From contig CBDESU010000002.1 of the NCBI GenBank assembly GCA_965242695.1, positions 1,600,001 to 1,664,000 on the forward strand: 64,000 bases of DNA. Direction: 5' to 3'. The notes below the pieces were generated by a model. The model saw nothing but the letters and a program-made list of their open reading frames with translations. It was not told the DNA's origin and ran no database searches. Within the stretch, counting starts at the first letter, position 1, and each line of letters opens with the position of its first letter. This document shows positions 49,613 to 59,859 of this stretch, in pieces. This DNA comes from Cenarchaeum sp. (lineage in GTDB: Archaea; Thermoproteota; Nitrososphaeria; Nitrososphaerales; Nitrosopumilaceae). The position numbers and the translations under genes were made by a program.

Positions 49613-50035
49613 CTAGCCGTACTTTGCCTTTTGCGAGTCCCAGCAGCCGCGGCACAGCTGCAGCCTCGGGTTCATCTTCCACTTGGGCTTGGGCCTGTAC
49701 CTCAAGAGGCCCATCTTTGCGCCGCACACGCCGCAAAAGTTCTTGCCCCTCTCGTGGGACGACTCCTTTTCGTCAAAGCACGGCTTGCACAGCAGGCCGT
49801 CGGTCTCCCACTGCCACCGCGGCTCCCACATGTCCGTGATCTTGAACGTGCCGCCGCACTTTGCGCACCTCTGCCTGACCTTGCCCTCGTAGTACTCCCT
49901 CGACTTGTCCAGGTGGCACTCGCCGCACAGGACGGCGCCGGCGTCCATCCCCCACTCCCTCTTGGGCCTGTGCCTGTGCTTGGCCTCCTTCTTGCAGACG
50001 GCGCAGTATGCAGGCTTGCGGCGGAACAGGCCCAT
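49613..50035 (-). CDS. Multi-zinc-finger protein (three CxxC...CxxC units)
   Basis: CAVC..CGEC, CAKC..CKPC, CGVC..CRGC. Confidence 0.85.
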   Translation of the reverse strand: MGLFRRKPAYCAVCKKEAKHRHRPKREWGMDAGAVLCGECHLDKSREYYEGKVRQRCAKCGGTFKITDMWEPRWQWETDGLLCKPCFDEKESSHERGKNFCGVCGAKMGLLRYRPKPKWKMNPRLQLCRGCWDSQKAKYG

Positions 50036-50169
50036 TGGCGGCGCGCGGGGCGGGGGCTAAAAGTGCCTTGCGCGCGGCGCGCGGAGGGGGGGGGGCGCGG
50101 CAACCTGCCTGCGCGCAGGCGAAAAAGGCGCGGCCTTTGGGGCCTGCCGGCCTCGTGCAGCCGGGACGG

Positions 50170-50295
50170 TCAGTCCGCCCTGAGCATCTTCTCGAGGGCC
50201 TGGCTTGCGTTGAGCATGCCGTGCTCGCGGGCGTACCGCTCGACGGCCGCGTACTGGCCGGGCGTAAAGCATACGGGCATTGAGCGCCGTTCCAT
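50170..50295 (-). CDS. Small 41-aa protein, RHH/CopG-like (not in the ORF track)
   Basis: MERRSMPVCFTPGQYAAVERYAREHGMLNASQALEKMLRAD; TTATAA 23 nt upstream. Confidence 0.65.
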   Translation of the reverse strand: MERRSMPVCFTPGQYAAVERYAREHGMLNASQALEKMLRAD

Positions 50296-50543
50296 GGGGC
50301 GCCGCCCCGCGATGTGGTTATAACCCTGCCGCCACGCGGTGCCCGCGCGGCCTTGCGCGGCGCCTGCGGCCGGGAGGACGGCGCTCCCTTCGGCCCCGAA
50401 AGGTTGATTGGCGGCCGCGGCCGCGGCCGGGCGTGCAGGGCGATAGCGGCGGACAGGGCGGCGAAGGCGGGGTGCAGGCTGGCGGGGCGCCGGGCGCGCC
50501 GGGCGCGCCGGCCCCAGCCGGCGCCGGCCCCCGGCGCGGCCGC

Positions 50544-51092
50544 ATGCGGCAGATACTCGTCATCGGGCACAACGAGGGCAGGCACTGCACGCGGCTGCAC
50601 GAGGACGCCGCGTACGATGCCGGCCTTGCGATTGCGCGGTCCGGCTCTGTCCTGCTCACGGGCGGACTCGGCGGCGTGATGGGGGCGGCCAGCCGCGGCG
50701 CGCGCGACGGCGGCGGCCTGACCGTCGGCATCATACCGCAGGACGCCCACCTGCACGCCAACGACGCATGCGACATCGTAATTCCGACGGGGATGGGGCT
50801 CACGCGCGACTTTGTCAACGCCCTGTCGGCCGACGGCGTCGTCGTGATCGGCGGCGGGGCCGGGACGCTCTCCGAGATGTGTGCCGCGTACATGCACCGC
50901 CGCCCGATGGTCGCCGTCCGCGGCACGGGCGGGACGGCCGACGCGTACGCCGGCCGGTACATGGACGCGCGCCGGACGGTGCGCGTCGGGGCGGCCGACT
51001 CGCCGGCCGAGGCCGTTCGCATGATAGTCTCGCTCATAGACGCGGGCAGGGCAGCTGCCGCTGCCGCGTCCGGCGCGGCCCCCGATTCCTAG
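50544..51092 (+). CDS. LOG/TIGR00725 family nucleotide-binding protein
   Basis: LTGGLGGVMGAA, TVGIIP, TGMGLTR, IGGGAGTLSE. Confidence 0.9.
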   Translation: MRQILVIGHNEGRHCTRLHEDAAYDAGLAIARSGSVLLTGGLGGVMGAASRGARDGGGLTVGIIPQDAHLHANDACDIVIPTGMGLTRDFVNALSADGVVVIGGGAGTLSEMCAAYMHRRPMVAVRGTGGTADAYAGRYMDARRTVRVGAADSPAEAVRMIVSLIDAGRAAAAAASGAAPDS

Positions 51093-52246
51093 GATGCCTG
51101 CCCGTCTCCTGCCATCTCGACGAGGCGCGGGTCGGGCTCGTACGCCGCGCCGTGCTCGGCGGCAAGATTTCGAAGCTCGGATACGATGCGGCCCAGCCCC
51201 ATCGACCTTGCGGTGTCGAACAGCGGCTTCTTCAGGCCAAGCCCGAGCCTTGCCGCCGTCTCGATCTCGCCTATGTCGCTTGCCCCGTTCGAGACGAGCC
51301 AGGCGGCGTTGTTGGCGGCAAACGCGACGAGCGGCATCGGGTCGCATTTTGCGGCCAGCTCCTTGGACAGCCCGACCCTCTCGTAGTGGCCCTCGCCGTA
51401 CTCGTAGAACCCGGATCCAGACTTCTTGCCGAGCTTGCCGGCCACGGCCATCTCGGCCACTAGCGGGTGCGGGCGGACGACGCCCCCGTCGCGCATGTGC
51501 ATCTCCTCGGTCGCCTTGTGCACGACGTCCATGCCCGTAAAGTCTGCCAGCTCGAATATGCCCATGGGGAACGAGGCCCTGAACCTCACGGCCGAGTCGA
51601 TCTCCTCGAGGGACGCGCCGGTGCGGTCGCGCAGGTGGCACGCCTCGTGGACCATCGGTATGAACAGCCTGTTGACTATGAACCCGGGCACGTCCTTGCG
51701 GCACACGACGGCGTGCTTGCCGGCCGATGCGACGAGGCCCTTTGTCGCCTCCAGAGTCTCGGCCGACGTCCTCGCGCCGGGTATGACCTCTACAAGCTTC
51801 ATGAGCTGCGGCGGGTTGAAGAAGTGTATGCCGATGAACCGCTCGGGCCGCGACGTGGCAGACGCGATCTCGGTTATGGGCAGAGTGCTCGTATTCGACG
51901 CGAATATGGTGTCGGGGCGGGCCGCCGCGTCGAGCTCGGCGTACACGCGCTTCTTGAGGTCCATGACCTCGGGGACGACCTCTATGACCAGGTCTGCATC
52001 GCCGGCTGCCTCGCATAGGTCGATGACCGGCGTGATCCTGGACAGTATGTCGTCGCGGCCGCCGGCCGTGATCTTTTCGCGTTCGACCATCTTGTCGAGG
52101 CTCCATCGTATCTTGCCCATGCCCCTGTCGAGGAACTCTTGCCGTATGTCGCGCATCGAGACGCGGTAGCCGGCAGTCGCGAGCACCTGGGCTATGCCGT
52201 GGCCCATGACGCCGGACCCGAGGACTGCGACCCTCTCTACCGCCAT
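51089..52246 (-). CDS. 3-hydroxyacyl-CoA dehydrogenase (probably the 3-hydroxybutyryl-CoA dehydrogenase of the 3HP/4HB cycle)
   Basis: GSGVMGHGIA, ASNTSTL, HFFNP, KDVPGFIVNR, PMGIFELAD. Confidence 0.93.
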   Translation of the reverse strand: MAVERVAVLGSGVMGHGIAQVLATAGYRVSMRDIRQEFLDRGMGKIRWSLDKMVEREKITAGGRDDILSRITPVIDLCEAAGDADLVIEVVPEVMDLKKRVYAELDAAARPDTIFASNTSTLPITEIASATSRPERFIGIHFFNPPQLMKLVEVIPGARTSAETLEATKGLVASAGKHAVVCRKDVPGFIVNRLFIPMVHEACHLRDRTGASLEEIDSAVRFRASFPMGIFELADFTGMDVVHKATEEMHMRDGGVVRPHPLVAEMAVAGKLGKKSGSGFYEYGEGHYERVGLSKELAAKCDPMPLVAFAANNAAWLVSNGASDIGEIETAARLGLGLKKPLFDTARSMGLGRIVSELRNLAAEHGAAYEPDPRLVEMAGDGQAS

Positions 52247-52466
52247 GCGACCGGCCGGGTTGCGATGCGCTTTATACTTTTGCGCGGCCGCCGGGCGGAT
52301 CCGGCGCGCGCGGCAGGAGGCGGAGCCGCCGCAGGCGGCGCTCTGGCGCGGCCGGCGGCCGTGGCCTGCGGGCCGCCGCGCCTGCCGCGCGACGCATTCG
52401 CTATCCCGCACCGCCGCATGCGACGCTCTGGAAACATCTAAAGCGGGGGCGTCATGCCGGTGTGGC

Positions 52467-53390
52467 ATGCGGCAGCGCGAGAATGCCTCCTTCGCAGGGG
52501 CCCCCGCCACGGCAGGGCGCAGGAAGGCGGCCCCGGCCCCCTCCGCAGGGGCCTCCGCCACGGCAGGGCGCAGGAAGGCAGCCCCGGCCCCCTCCGCAGG
52601 GGCCTCCGCCACGGCAGGGCGCAGGAAGGCGGCCCCGGCCCCGACAAGGGCCGGAGGGGGCGCCGGCCGACTGCGGGGCGCCCCTGGCGCAAAGGCCAAG
52701 CGCCCTGCAGGCCTCTCGGCCTCTGCCCTCTTGAAGCTGGTAAACGCCGTGCCGGCGCAGGATCTCAAAAAGTTTGTCGTAGCGGAGCTGCGCAAGGACA
52801 AGGATCTTCTCGGCCGGTTCTCGGCCGTCTTTTCTAGGACGCAAAAGGCAAAGGGCGGCAAGGACTTTAGGGCGATGGTGCAGGCCAGGTTCGACAGGGC
52901 CAAGGGCAGGAAGGGGTACGTCGACCGCCTTACGACGCGCGACGTAAAGTTTACGGACGTCATGGGAGAGGCAAAGGCCAGCGAAAAAATCCACGACTAT
53001 GCGGGGGCCGCCCGCATATACTCGGAGGTGTCCGAGTCGATCGAGTACAACATGTCGTGGGTGTACAGCGGCACCGGCCGCCTTTACAACATGTCTGATC
53101 GGTGCCTTGAGCGCATGGCGCTGTGCGCCAAGAAGTCGCGCGGGGCGGACGAGCGCAGAAAGGTGCTGTGGTACATCCTGCGCGGGTGGGCCTCGCAGGG
53201 CACCGGCCTGTCCGACTACAGATACGAGCGCGTCGTGGAGTCGGCGGCATCCGGGAAAGACGACTACCGCGCCATGGTAGAGATGCTGGACGACGGCATG
53301 CCGGTCGTCTATGACGTAAGCCACAGGGGGGACGCCAAGGAGCACTTGGAGAGCATGCGCAAGAAGGTTGCACGGCGCGTGAGGGGCTAG
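52467..53390 (+). CDS. Hypothetical helical protein with basic N-terminal repeats
   Basis: Non-repetitive helical C-terminal ~220 aa; start uncertain. Confidence 0.7.
   Translation: MRQRENASFAGAPATAGRRKAAPAPSAGASATAGRRKAAPAPSAGASATAGRRKAAPAPTRAGGGAGRLRGAPGAKAKRPAGLSASALLKLVNAVPAQDLKKFVVAELRKDKDLLGRFSAVFSRTQKAKGGKDFRAMVQARFDRAKGRKGYVDRLTTRDVKFTDVMGEAKASEKIHDYAGAARIYSEVSESIEYNMSWVYSGTGRLYNMSDRCLERMALCAKKSRGADERRKVLWYILRGWASQGTGLSDYRYERVVESAASGKDDYRAMVEMLDDGMPVVYDVSHRGDAKEHLESMRKKVARRVRG
52490..52642 (+). repeat. 51-bp tandem repeat, about 3 copies (ATAGRRKAAPAPSAGAS)
   Basis: CCGCCACGGCAGGGCGCAGGAAGGC... recurs every 51 nt. Confidence 0.9.
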
Positions 53391-53920
53391 CCTGACCGGC
53401 GCGCCTGCCCTGTTTCGGCCGCGCCTTGGCGCGCCCTGACCCGTCCTCGCCGCTAGCGCTTTCTCATCTCGAGGACGACCTCGCGCCGGATGCGCCCGTC
53501 TAGCGCGCCGGCCCGCGGCGGAGCAGGCGGCGGCGGTGGCGGCGACAAGTGCAGTCGCGAAGCGGCCGGCGACCGCCAGTGATCGGGGCGGTGCCGCGCA
53601 GCAGATGCCGCATGCGCGCAGCTCGGCCGCCCGACCTGCGTTGACGTCCACAACCTAAAGCGGTTCATACGCGGCATTGATCGCGCTCTGCGAGCCCTGA
53701 TCCGCCTTGATGCTGCTAGGCCAACCCGTACGGCGCATGTGAGGCCTGGGCCATGGCGCCCTGTATGCCCTGAAAAGATTGTACTCCCTGTGTGCACTAT
53801 GGGTGGGGCCGTTCTAGTCGGGGCCACGCCAGACTGAGCGGATGAGACCGTTTTTTTTTGGAGGGGTGTGGGCGGGCCAAGGGGGAGATGACATATTGGC
53901 CCCCGTCTGCGCACGGAGCC

Positions 53921-54151
53921 GTGACACTGAGGTATGTGAGACCGCTAGACGATGAGTCGTGGAACCGGGTAGTGGCCGCACTCAAGCGCGGTCCCACCCC
54001 TGACCAGGTAAAGGCAAAGGAGCGGCTCTTGGAGATCGCCCGGCAGATAAGGTCAGACGACGATGGTGCCTCCAAGCAGGTGTACGCGGGTGATCCAAGT
54101 GATGCGGTTTTTGCCCCTGTGCAATCAGAACGTGCCGATCGACGACCATAG
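53921..54151 (+). CDS. Small putative antitoxin, paralog of 24070-24255
   Basis: VRPLDDESWNRVVAALKRGPTP aligns with VKPLSDRQWTMVIEQLREGPTP. Confidence 0.55.
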   Translation: MTLRYVRPLDDESWNRVVAALKRGPTPDQVKAKERLLEIARQIRSDDDGASKQVYAGDPSDAVFAPVQSERADRRP

Positions 54152-54190
54152 CGTGGGAGGGTTTTAGCATGACCCCGTGCAGCATACCCT

Positions 54191-54684
54191 ATGGGGGACA
54201 TACTTGTGAGGTCTGCCGGCTGGGAAACGCCCGCCGACTTTAGGTGCCGGAAGCCGGAATTTGCGGCCTACCTTGATGCCAACGCAGCGTACGATCAGCG
54301 ACAAAGAATGGAGAAAATGTACTGGGCCATTCACAACAAACGTATAGTGGGGTATATGGTCCTGACCATGGACAGCATGGGAAGGGAAAAACAATCTCTC
54401 TTGGGAATAGACTCGTATGGAAACATACCTGCCCTTTTGGTCGCCAGTCTGGCGACCGACGCGCGATATGAAAGGCGCGGCATTGCCACCTCTTTGCGTC
54501 GCACGCCACGAAGATTGCAGACGGGCTGGCCTCGAAGGTTGGATGTCGTGTAGTGCTCTGCAACGCAGAGCACGACGTAGTGGAGTTTTATGAAAGGCGC
54601 GGCTTCGTCAAGATCACCGAGGATGCAGACTATGTGCCCATGTATTTCGACCTCGGGGCGGCCAGCGACACCGCCATCGCCTAG
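54191..54684 (+). pseudogene. GNAT toxin-like acetyltransferase, frameshifted near 54495
   Basis: FRCRKPEF, YGNIPALL..LATD...RGIA; other frame continues KVGCRVVLCNA...FYERRGF...MYFDL to TAG 54684; 494 nt total, one base short of intact. Confidence 0.8.
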
Positions 54685-55012
54685 CGCGCAATGCCCTGTA
54701 GCATGCCTTGCCTGCCCCTCCCCGCGCACCGCGTAGGGCAGAGGATGCAAGGCCCGCCAGCTACCGCGCCCGGGATCGCGGCGCCTCCGCCGCCCGTCGA
54801 GGTCCTCAGCCGCCCGGCCCCGCGGCCGGCCGGACAGCGGGGCAAAGGAGCATGCGGGCGGGCGGCGCCGGCGAACCTGCCGCCGCCCGGCCTCGCCGGC
54901 GCATTTGGCGCCTCCGGGCCCGCCGGCCCCCCTGTGCGGCGGGCGGCCCGCATGCGCCGCGCCGGGCCGGCGGCCGGAATGGCTTATAATCGGCCCGCGG
55001 CGCACGCCCGGC

Positions 55013-55183
55013 ATGCTCGGCTTGGGCAGGAAGAGCAAGGGCGGCCAGGCACGGACAAAGTGCGAAAAGTGCGGCGCCGAGCTGTACTATCCCGATCGCC
55101 TCGAGAGGCACATGAAGAAGGCGCACGGCAACGTGCCTGCCAAGAAGCCTAGCGCCCAGGGCGGCGACGGGGGGCTGTGGTAG
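55013..55183 (+). CDS. Small C2H2 zinc-finger protein
   Basis: CEKC-x12-HMKKAH; TTATAA upstream. Confidence 0.75.
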   Translation: MLGLGRKSKGGQARTKCEKCGAELYYPDRLERHMKKAHGNVPAKKPSAQGGDGGLW

Positions 55184-55186
55184 GGC

Positions 55187-55510
55187 ATGGAGCTTACCGA
55201 CGGCCAGCGGTACGGCGCGATATTCGGCGGCGCCCTCGTCGTGGCCGGACTGGTGCTCGCCACTGTGGTGTTTCCGTTCTGGAACCTCATCCGCGAGGAC
55301 GTGACCGAGCAGGCCGTCATACTCTCGAACGAGGACGGCGTCTGCTTTGTCGAGACGTCCGACGACATACCAAAGACGATCGACGGATGCGAGGCCGCGC
55401 CCGGCGACACGGTCGTCGTCCGGTTCGGCGAGGGCCTTGCGTGGGCGGCCGTCGTCGGGGATGCCGCCCCGGCCGCGCCCGGCGATGCGATGCCGGCCGG
55501 CCCACCGTAG
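55187..55510 (+). CDS. Single-TM hypothetical protein
   Basis: N-terminal TM followed by a small beta domain with a Cys pair. Confidence 0.75.
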   Translation: MELTDGQRYGAIFGGALVVAGLVLATVVFPFWNLIREDVTEQAVILSNEDGVCFVETSDDIPKTIDGCEAAPGDTVVVRFGEGLAWAAVVGDAAPAAPGDAMPAGPP

Positions 55511-55523
55511 GGGGGACGGCAGG

Positions 55524-55964
55524 ATGGCCGGCGGCGGGTGCGTCTTTTGCGGGATAGTCGCCGGGTCGGTGCCGGCCCGCATCGTGTCCCGCACGGCCCT
55601 GTCCGTGGCGTTCCTTGATGCGTTCCCGGTCGCCAGGGGGCACGTGCTGGCCGTTCCGCGAGCGCACCGCGAGCGCGTCCAGGACCTGGCCGGCGACGAG
55701 GTGGCCGACCTGTTCGGCCTGGTCGCGCGGCTCGCGCCCCGGACGGACGCCGTGGGCGGCGGCGCCACCCTGATTGCGGCGCACAACGGCAGGCAGAGCG
55801 GCCAGGAGGTGCCCCACGTGCACGTCCACCTGATACCGCGGCGCGAAGGCGACGGGGCGGGGCCCGTCCACTCCATGTTCGGAAAGGGATCGGGCGGGCT
55901 CGGCCCCGACGACGAGGTGCACGCCCTGCTCGCCGACGGCGGCGCCGGGCCGGGCGGGACCTAG
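55524..55964 (+). CDS. hit: HIT family hydrolase
   Basis: CVFC, GHVLAVP, QEVPHVHVHLIPR. Confidence 0.93.
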   Translation: MAGGGCVFCGIVAGSVPARIVSRTALSVAFLDAFPVARGHVLAVPRAHRERVQDLAGDEVADLFGLVARLAPRTDAVGGGATLIAAHNGRQSGQEVPHVHVHLIPRREGDGAGPVHSMFGKGSGGLGPDDEVHALLADGGAGPGGT

Positions 55965-55975
55965 GGCGCGCCGGC

Positions 55976-56659
55976 CTAGAGCGGGTACAGCCGCCTCTTT
56001 GCGTCCGTGTCGTCGACCGATATAGCCTTTGTGGGGCACGTCTCGGCCGCGTTCATGATCTTGTTGAGGCCGGCGCCGCGCATGTTGATCACGCGCGACT
56101 TTGGGTTGAGGTTCGACTTTTTGTCTATGGAAAAGACCGACGGCGCTATGGTCTCGCAGCTCTGGCAAGCGATGCACAGGGACGGGTCGACCTCGACGAA
56201 GAGGTTCGGCTGCTCGCGCGGCTCCCTCGCCTTGTCGCGCTCGCCGTTGCGGCCGTCGGCGTTTACGGTCCGCTCGTACTCCTTCCAGAACTTCCGCTCG
56301 TACTCCTTCCAGAACTCGGGGTTTGACTCCTCGAACTCGGACGTGTACTTTGACCAGTCCTGCTCGGGGGGCCTGCCGGCCGACGGGCCGCCGCCGCGGG
56401 GGCCCCGCCGCCCGGGCTCGGGCCTCCTCTGCGCCGGCGGCTCCTCCCGCTCCGGCCGCCCCCGCGGCGCGGCCGCCCCCGCGGCGCCGTCCTTGAGCAC
56501 GCCGTACGCCTCGCTGATGGCCTGGAAGCGCCGCCCGCCGTCGGACGACCCCCTGTCGGGGTGGCACTCGAGCGCGAGCCTCCTGTAGGCGGCCTTTACC
56601 TCCTCCCTGGTCGCGCGCGGCCCCACCTTGAGCGTCGCAAGGGCCCTTTGCACGTCCAT
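55976..56659 (-). CDS. DnaJ-ferredoxin fusion (DnaJ-Fer)
   Basis: J domain with HPD; CIACQSC...CP ferredoxin motif. Confidence 0.92.
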   Translation of the reverse strand: MDVQRALATLKVGPRATREEVKAAYRRLALECHPDRGSSDGGRRFQAISEAYGVLKDGAAGAAAPRGRPEREEPPAQRRPEPGRRGPRGGGPSAGRPPEQDWSKYTSEFEESNPEFWKEYERKFWKEYERTVNADGRNGERDKAREPREQPNLFVEVDPSLCIACQSCETIAPSVFSIDKKSNLNPKSRVINMRGAGLNKIMNAAETCPTKAISVDDTDAKRRLYPL

Positions 56660-56708
56660 GCGCGGCGTGGCATGCGGCTGCATAAAAGTCGAGCGCCCCG
56701 CCGGCGCC

Positions 56709-57221
56709 CTAGTCCACTATTCCCGTCACTCTTGCCTTGAGGTCGGACTCGTACCAGGTCGTGCGCATCTCGCCGCCGCCGGCCTCGGCAAGGTTGACCG
56801 CCGTGTGCGAGAACGGCGCGCGCGATCCGGGGGCCGACCCGTGCGAGTGCAGCCTGCCGGCCGGTATGTACGCGGCCGTGCCGGGCGAGAGCTCGACCGT
56901 CCCGTCCGGCTCTATGGCAAACGACCTGGCGCCGCGGCCCCTCTTCCTGTAGTACGACAGGATTCCGGTCCCGCGCGTGGCCAGCAGCATCTGGCCGCCC
57001 GTGTGGACGTGCAACTTGGTCGTCGAGCCGGCCGAGAATCTTACGTGGTACACGCGGCATCCGGCGGCCCCGAGGGCCCCGGTCAGGTCGGACAGGACGG
57101 TCCTGCCGGTAAAGTAGTCGGGGTTGACGGGCATGGGCGAGCCGTCCCTGAGGATGCTCGCCGACCGTATGGCGCCCGACGCCGGCATCGGGGCGGCCGC
57201 GCCGCGGCCCTTTCCGGCCAA
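56709..57221 (-). CDS. Cupin domain protein
   Basis: YFTG, LHVHTGGQ.L, IPAGRLHSHG. Confidence 0.85.
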   Translation of the reverse strand: MAGKGRGAAAPMPASGAIRSASILRDGSPMPVNPDYFTGRTVLSDLTGALGAAGCRVYHVRFSAGSTTKLHVHTGGQMLLATRGTGILSYYRKRGRGARSFAIEPDGTVELSPGTAAYIPAGRLHSHGSAPGSRAPFSHTAVNLAEAGGGEMRTTWYESDLKARVTGIVD

Positions 57222-57222
57222 C

Positions 57223-57615
57223 TCATACCTCCTCGAGAAGCTTTGCCTTTTTCTCCTTGAACTCCTTTTCGGTGATCACCCTGGCCTTGCGGAGCTCGCC
57301 TAGCCTTGCAAGCGCCTCTAGCGCGTCCGCGCGCGACCCGCCGGCGGGTTCGGCGCCGCGCCCGCCGCTGGACCGCGCCTGCGCCTGCGGCTCCCCCGCC
57401 GCCGCTGCCGCCTTGCCCTCTGCGACCCTCTTGCGCAGCGACTCGCTGGCCCTCTTGGCCTCGGCCGTCGTGATCTTGCCGAGCGACACGGCCGTGTCAA
57501 GGATGTCGTCGGCCTTTTTGACGCCCTGATCCACGGCCGAGTCTAGGGCCTTGTCGGCCTTTTCAAGAAAGCTCTCGATGTGGCCCTTTCGGGCCCTTCC
57601 CCTTGCGCCTGCCAC
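57223..57615 (-). CDS. SHOCT domain protein
   Basis: C-terminal LARLGELRKARVITEKEFKEKKAKLL. Confidence 0.85.
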   Translation of the reverse strand: MAGARGRARKGHIESFLEKADKALDSAVDQGVKKADDILDTAVSLGKITTAEAKRASESLRKRVAEGKAAAAAGEPQAQARSSGGRGAEPAGGSRADALEALARLGELRKARVITEKEFKEKKAKLLEEV

Positions 57616-58123
57616 GGGGGGCCGAGAGACGGCCCCCTTTTATCCGTGCCGGGCGCGGCCCCTGCGCCGCGCCGGCGCGCAGGGGGGCCGCGCATTCGCC
57701 GCAGCCGTCCCGCGCCCTGCCACGGTTGCGGCCGCCGCGTAGCGGGCCGGACCTGCGGTACCGGGTCTCGCGGGCCGCATGCCCTCTTCGCCGGACAGGC
57801 CGCCTGGCCAGCAGGCTGCGACCGCCCGCGCCCTGCGCGCCTCGAGATGCTGCCCGAACGCTCCCCTGCACGCCGCAGTTCGCGCGCACCGGCAGGCCCC
57901 TCCCGCATTCTTCAGGCTCCGGCGATGCGCGCATGGGCTGGCGCGCCATGGGCCGCGCGCCGCGCAGGCGCGGGGCTGCTGCGCGCCGCGCCGCAGTTGT
58001 GCCGCCTGCCTTGGATATCCCTGCCGTCCTTGTGCTGCAGGCCCCGCCGCGCGCAGGCCGGCGCGCCGCCCCCGCCTGCCGCCCCCGCGGACTCCTTATA
58101 TTGAGGCCGCAGGGGGGCGCGGC

Positions 58124-58921
58124 ATGGCGGGCCGTTCAGGGGCGGGCAAGGGCAAGGGCGCCCGCGCCGCCGCCGCCGGAGGCAGGCGCAGGGGCGGCGC
58201 GTCCAGGGCAAGGGCCGCCGCGCCGGAGCCGGACCTGGCCGTGCTGCGCCCGCGCCTCACGGCCGATGCCGCGCGCGAGATGATCGAGCGCAAAAAGACC
58301 GACAAGTTTCGCACCATGTTCATACGCAAGCCAAAGCGGGAAGCGGTGCGCGTAGAGTCCGTCGAGATGTACTACGAGGGGATACTGGCCGCATCGGCCA
58401 GGTACACGGCGGACTACTACCGCAGGGCGGTCCATACCATCCGCGTCGAGCGGGCCGTGCGCGAGGTCGTCGTTGCGGGAACGGTGTTTGCCGCCAAGGA
58501 GTCTGACGGCCTGTCGGGCATGATCGCGCGGCGCGGCCGCGGCAGCGTCGATGTCGAGCTCGACGAGCACGTGTACGTGGACAACTCGGCGACCGTCTAC
58601 CTCGACGCGGCCGGCTCAGAGGTCGACGCCCCCTTCAAGGGGTCGCTGGAAAAGTCGTCCGAGCCGAGGCCCGAGGACGTCCTGGACGATGCGGCCGGCA
58701 GGGTTCGGGGCCTGGAAAAGGGCGCCGCCGCGGCGGCGGTCGACCTCTTGAGGGGCCGCCTGCAGGAAAAGATAGAGGGGGATGCGCGCGACCTGAACGA
58801 CGAGTTTACCGTCGAGCGCCTCGCCGAGGTGTACGTGCCCGTGTACGAGGCGCGGCTCGTCGGCCCGCGCCGCAAGGCGGCCGTAATGCGAATCGATGCA
58901 GTCCGCAGGTCGGTACTCTGA
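58124..58921 (+). CDS. Hypothetical protein
   Basis: Coding-like ORF; TTATAT about 28 nt upstream of ATG. Confidence 0.75.
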   Translation: MAGRSGAGKGKGARAAAAGGRRRGGASRARAAAPEPDLAVLRPRLTADAAREMIERKKTDKFRTMFIRKPKREAVRVESVEMYYEGILAASARYTADYYRRAVHTIRVERAVREVVVAGTVFAAKESDGLSGMIARRGRGSVDVELDEHVYVDNSATVYLDAAGSEVDAPFKGSLEKSSEPRPEDVLDDAAGRVRGLEKGAAAAAVDLLRGRLQEKIEGDARDLNDEFTVERLAEVYVPVYEARLVGPRRKAAVMRIDAVRRSVL

Positions 58922-58936
58922 CGGCGGCCCGCCGGG

Positions 58937-59794
58937 CTATCCGAGCACCCTTGCAAACCGCTCGTCGCCGGCGTACCTTTCGAACTCCTTTTCGCCGCGC
59001 GCCCACGCGCGTATGGTCTTCTTGTCCATGCTGTACGCGCGGCCGAGCGACTCGGCGGCCTGGCCGGGCCGGCCCTGGGCTGCAAGGCTGCGCGCCCTTG
59101 CGTACAGGAGGCTCGCGCTCTCGCCGCGCCTGCCGAGCAGCCTCTCGAACGCGGCGAGCGCATCGCCGTGCCTGCCGGTCTCGGCGAGCTCGATGCCGCG
59201 GTGGAACTGCGCATCGTCGTGGCCGGGGTGCCCCGCGCACACTCTCTCGAAGCAGTTGAGCGCCTCTTCGTGCCTGCCCATCTTGCCGAGTACGATGCCG
59301 CGGTAGAACTGCGGCGCGGCGCCTGCGGGGTCGAGCCTTGCGGCCTCGTCGAGCTCGGCAAGGGCCCTGTCGCGCTCGCCGAGCCGGTCGCACAGCACGC
59401 CAAGGTTGAAGCGCGCCGCCGAGTACGACGGGTCGGCCTCGACGGCCCTCTCGTACCCGGCAAGGGCCGACTCGGTGTCGCCGAGCTCGGCCAGCGCGAT
59501 GGCCTTGTTGTTGTGGGCGGCCGCGTCGCCCGCACTGCCGCCGCCGCGGCCGGATGCGAGCACGCCGTCAAAGCACGTGATCGCATCGCTGTACCTGCCG
59601 AGGATGTTGAGGGCGAGGCCCTTGCGGTACAGCGCCTCGGTGCTTCCGGGGTCAGCCCTGAGGGCCTCGTCTAGCACCTTTACGGCCGCCTTGGCCTCGC
59701 CGCGCCCGATCAGCGCGACGGCCCTGTGCACCATGTCCTCGGTGGCCGTACCGGACTTTGCGCCCCCGCCGGCGATGCGCGAGAAAAAGCCCAT
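58937..59794 (-). CDS. Tetratricopeptide repeat protein
   Basis: Repeated A.Y.KG..L..LGRY..A...FD motifs. Confidence 0.9.
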   Translation of the reverse strand: MGFFSRIAGGGAKSGTATEDMVHRAVALIGRGEAKAAVKVLDEALRADPGSTEALYRKGLALNILGRYSDAITCFDGVLASGRGGGSAGDAAAHNNKAIALAELGDTESALAGYERAVEADPSYSAARFNLGVLCDRLGERDRALAELDEAARLDPAGAAPQFYRGIVLGKMGRHEEALNCFERVCAGHPGHDDAQFHRGIELAETGRHGDALAAFERLLGRRGESASLLYARARSLAAQGRPGQAAESLGRAYSMDKKTIRAWARGEKEFERYAGDERFARVLG

Positions 59795-59859
59795 GCCGGA
59801 GGGCGCGCGCGGCCGCTAAAAAGGGCTTTTGCGGACGGCGCGGCCTCGCCAGCGGCCCG

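Noticed and set aside
55976-56659. DnaJ-ferredoxin fusion as a novelty
   Set aside because: Already described as characteristic of Thaumarchaeota and green plants.
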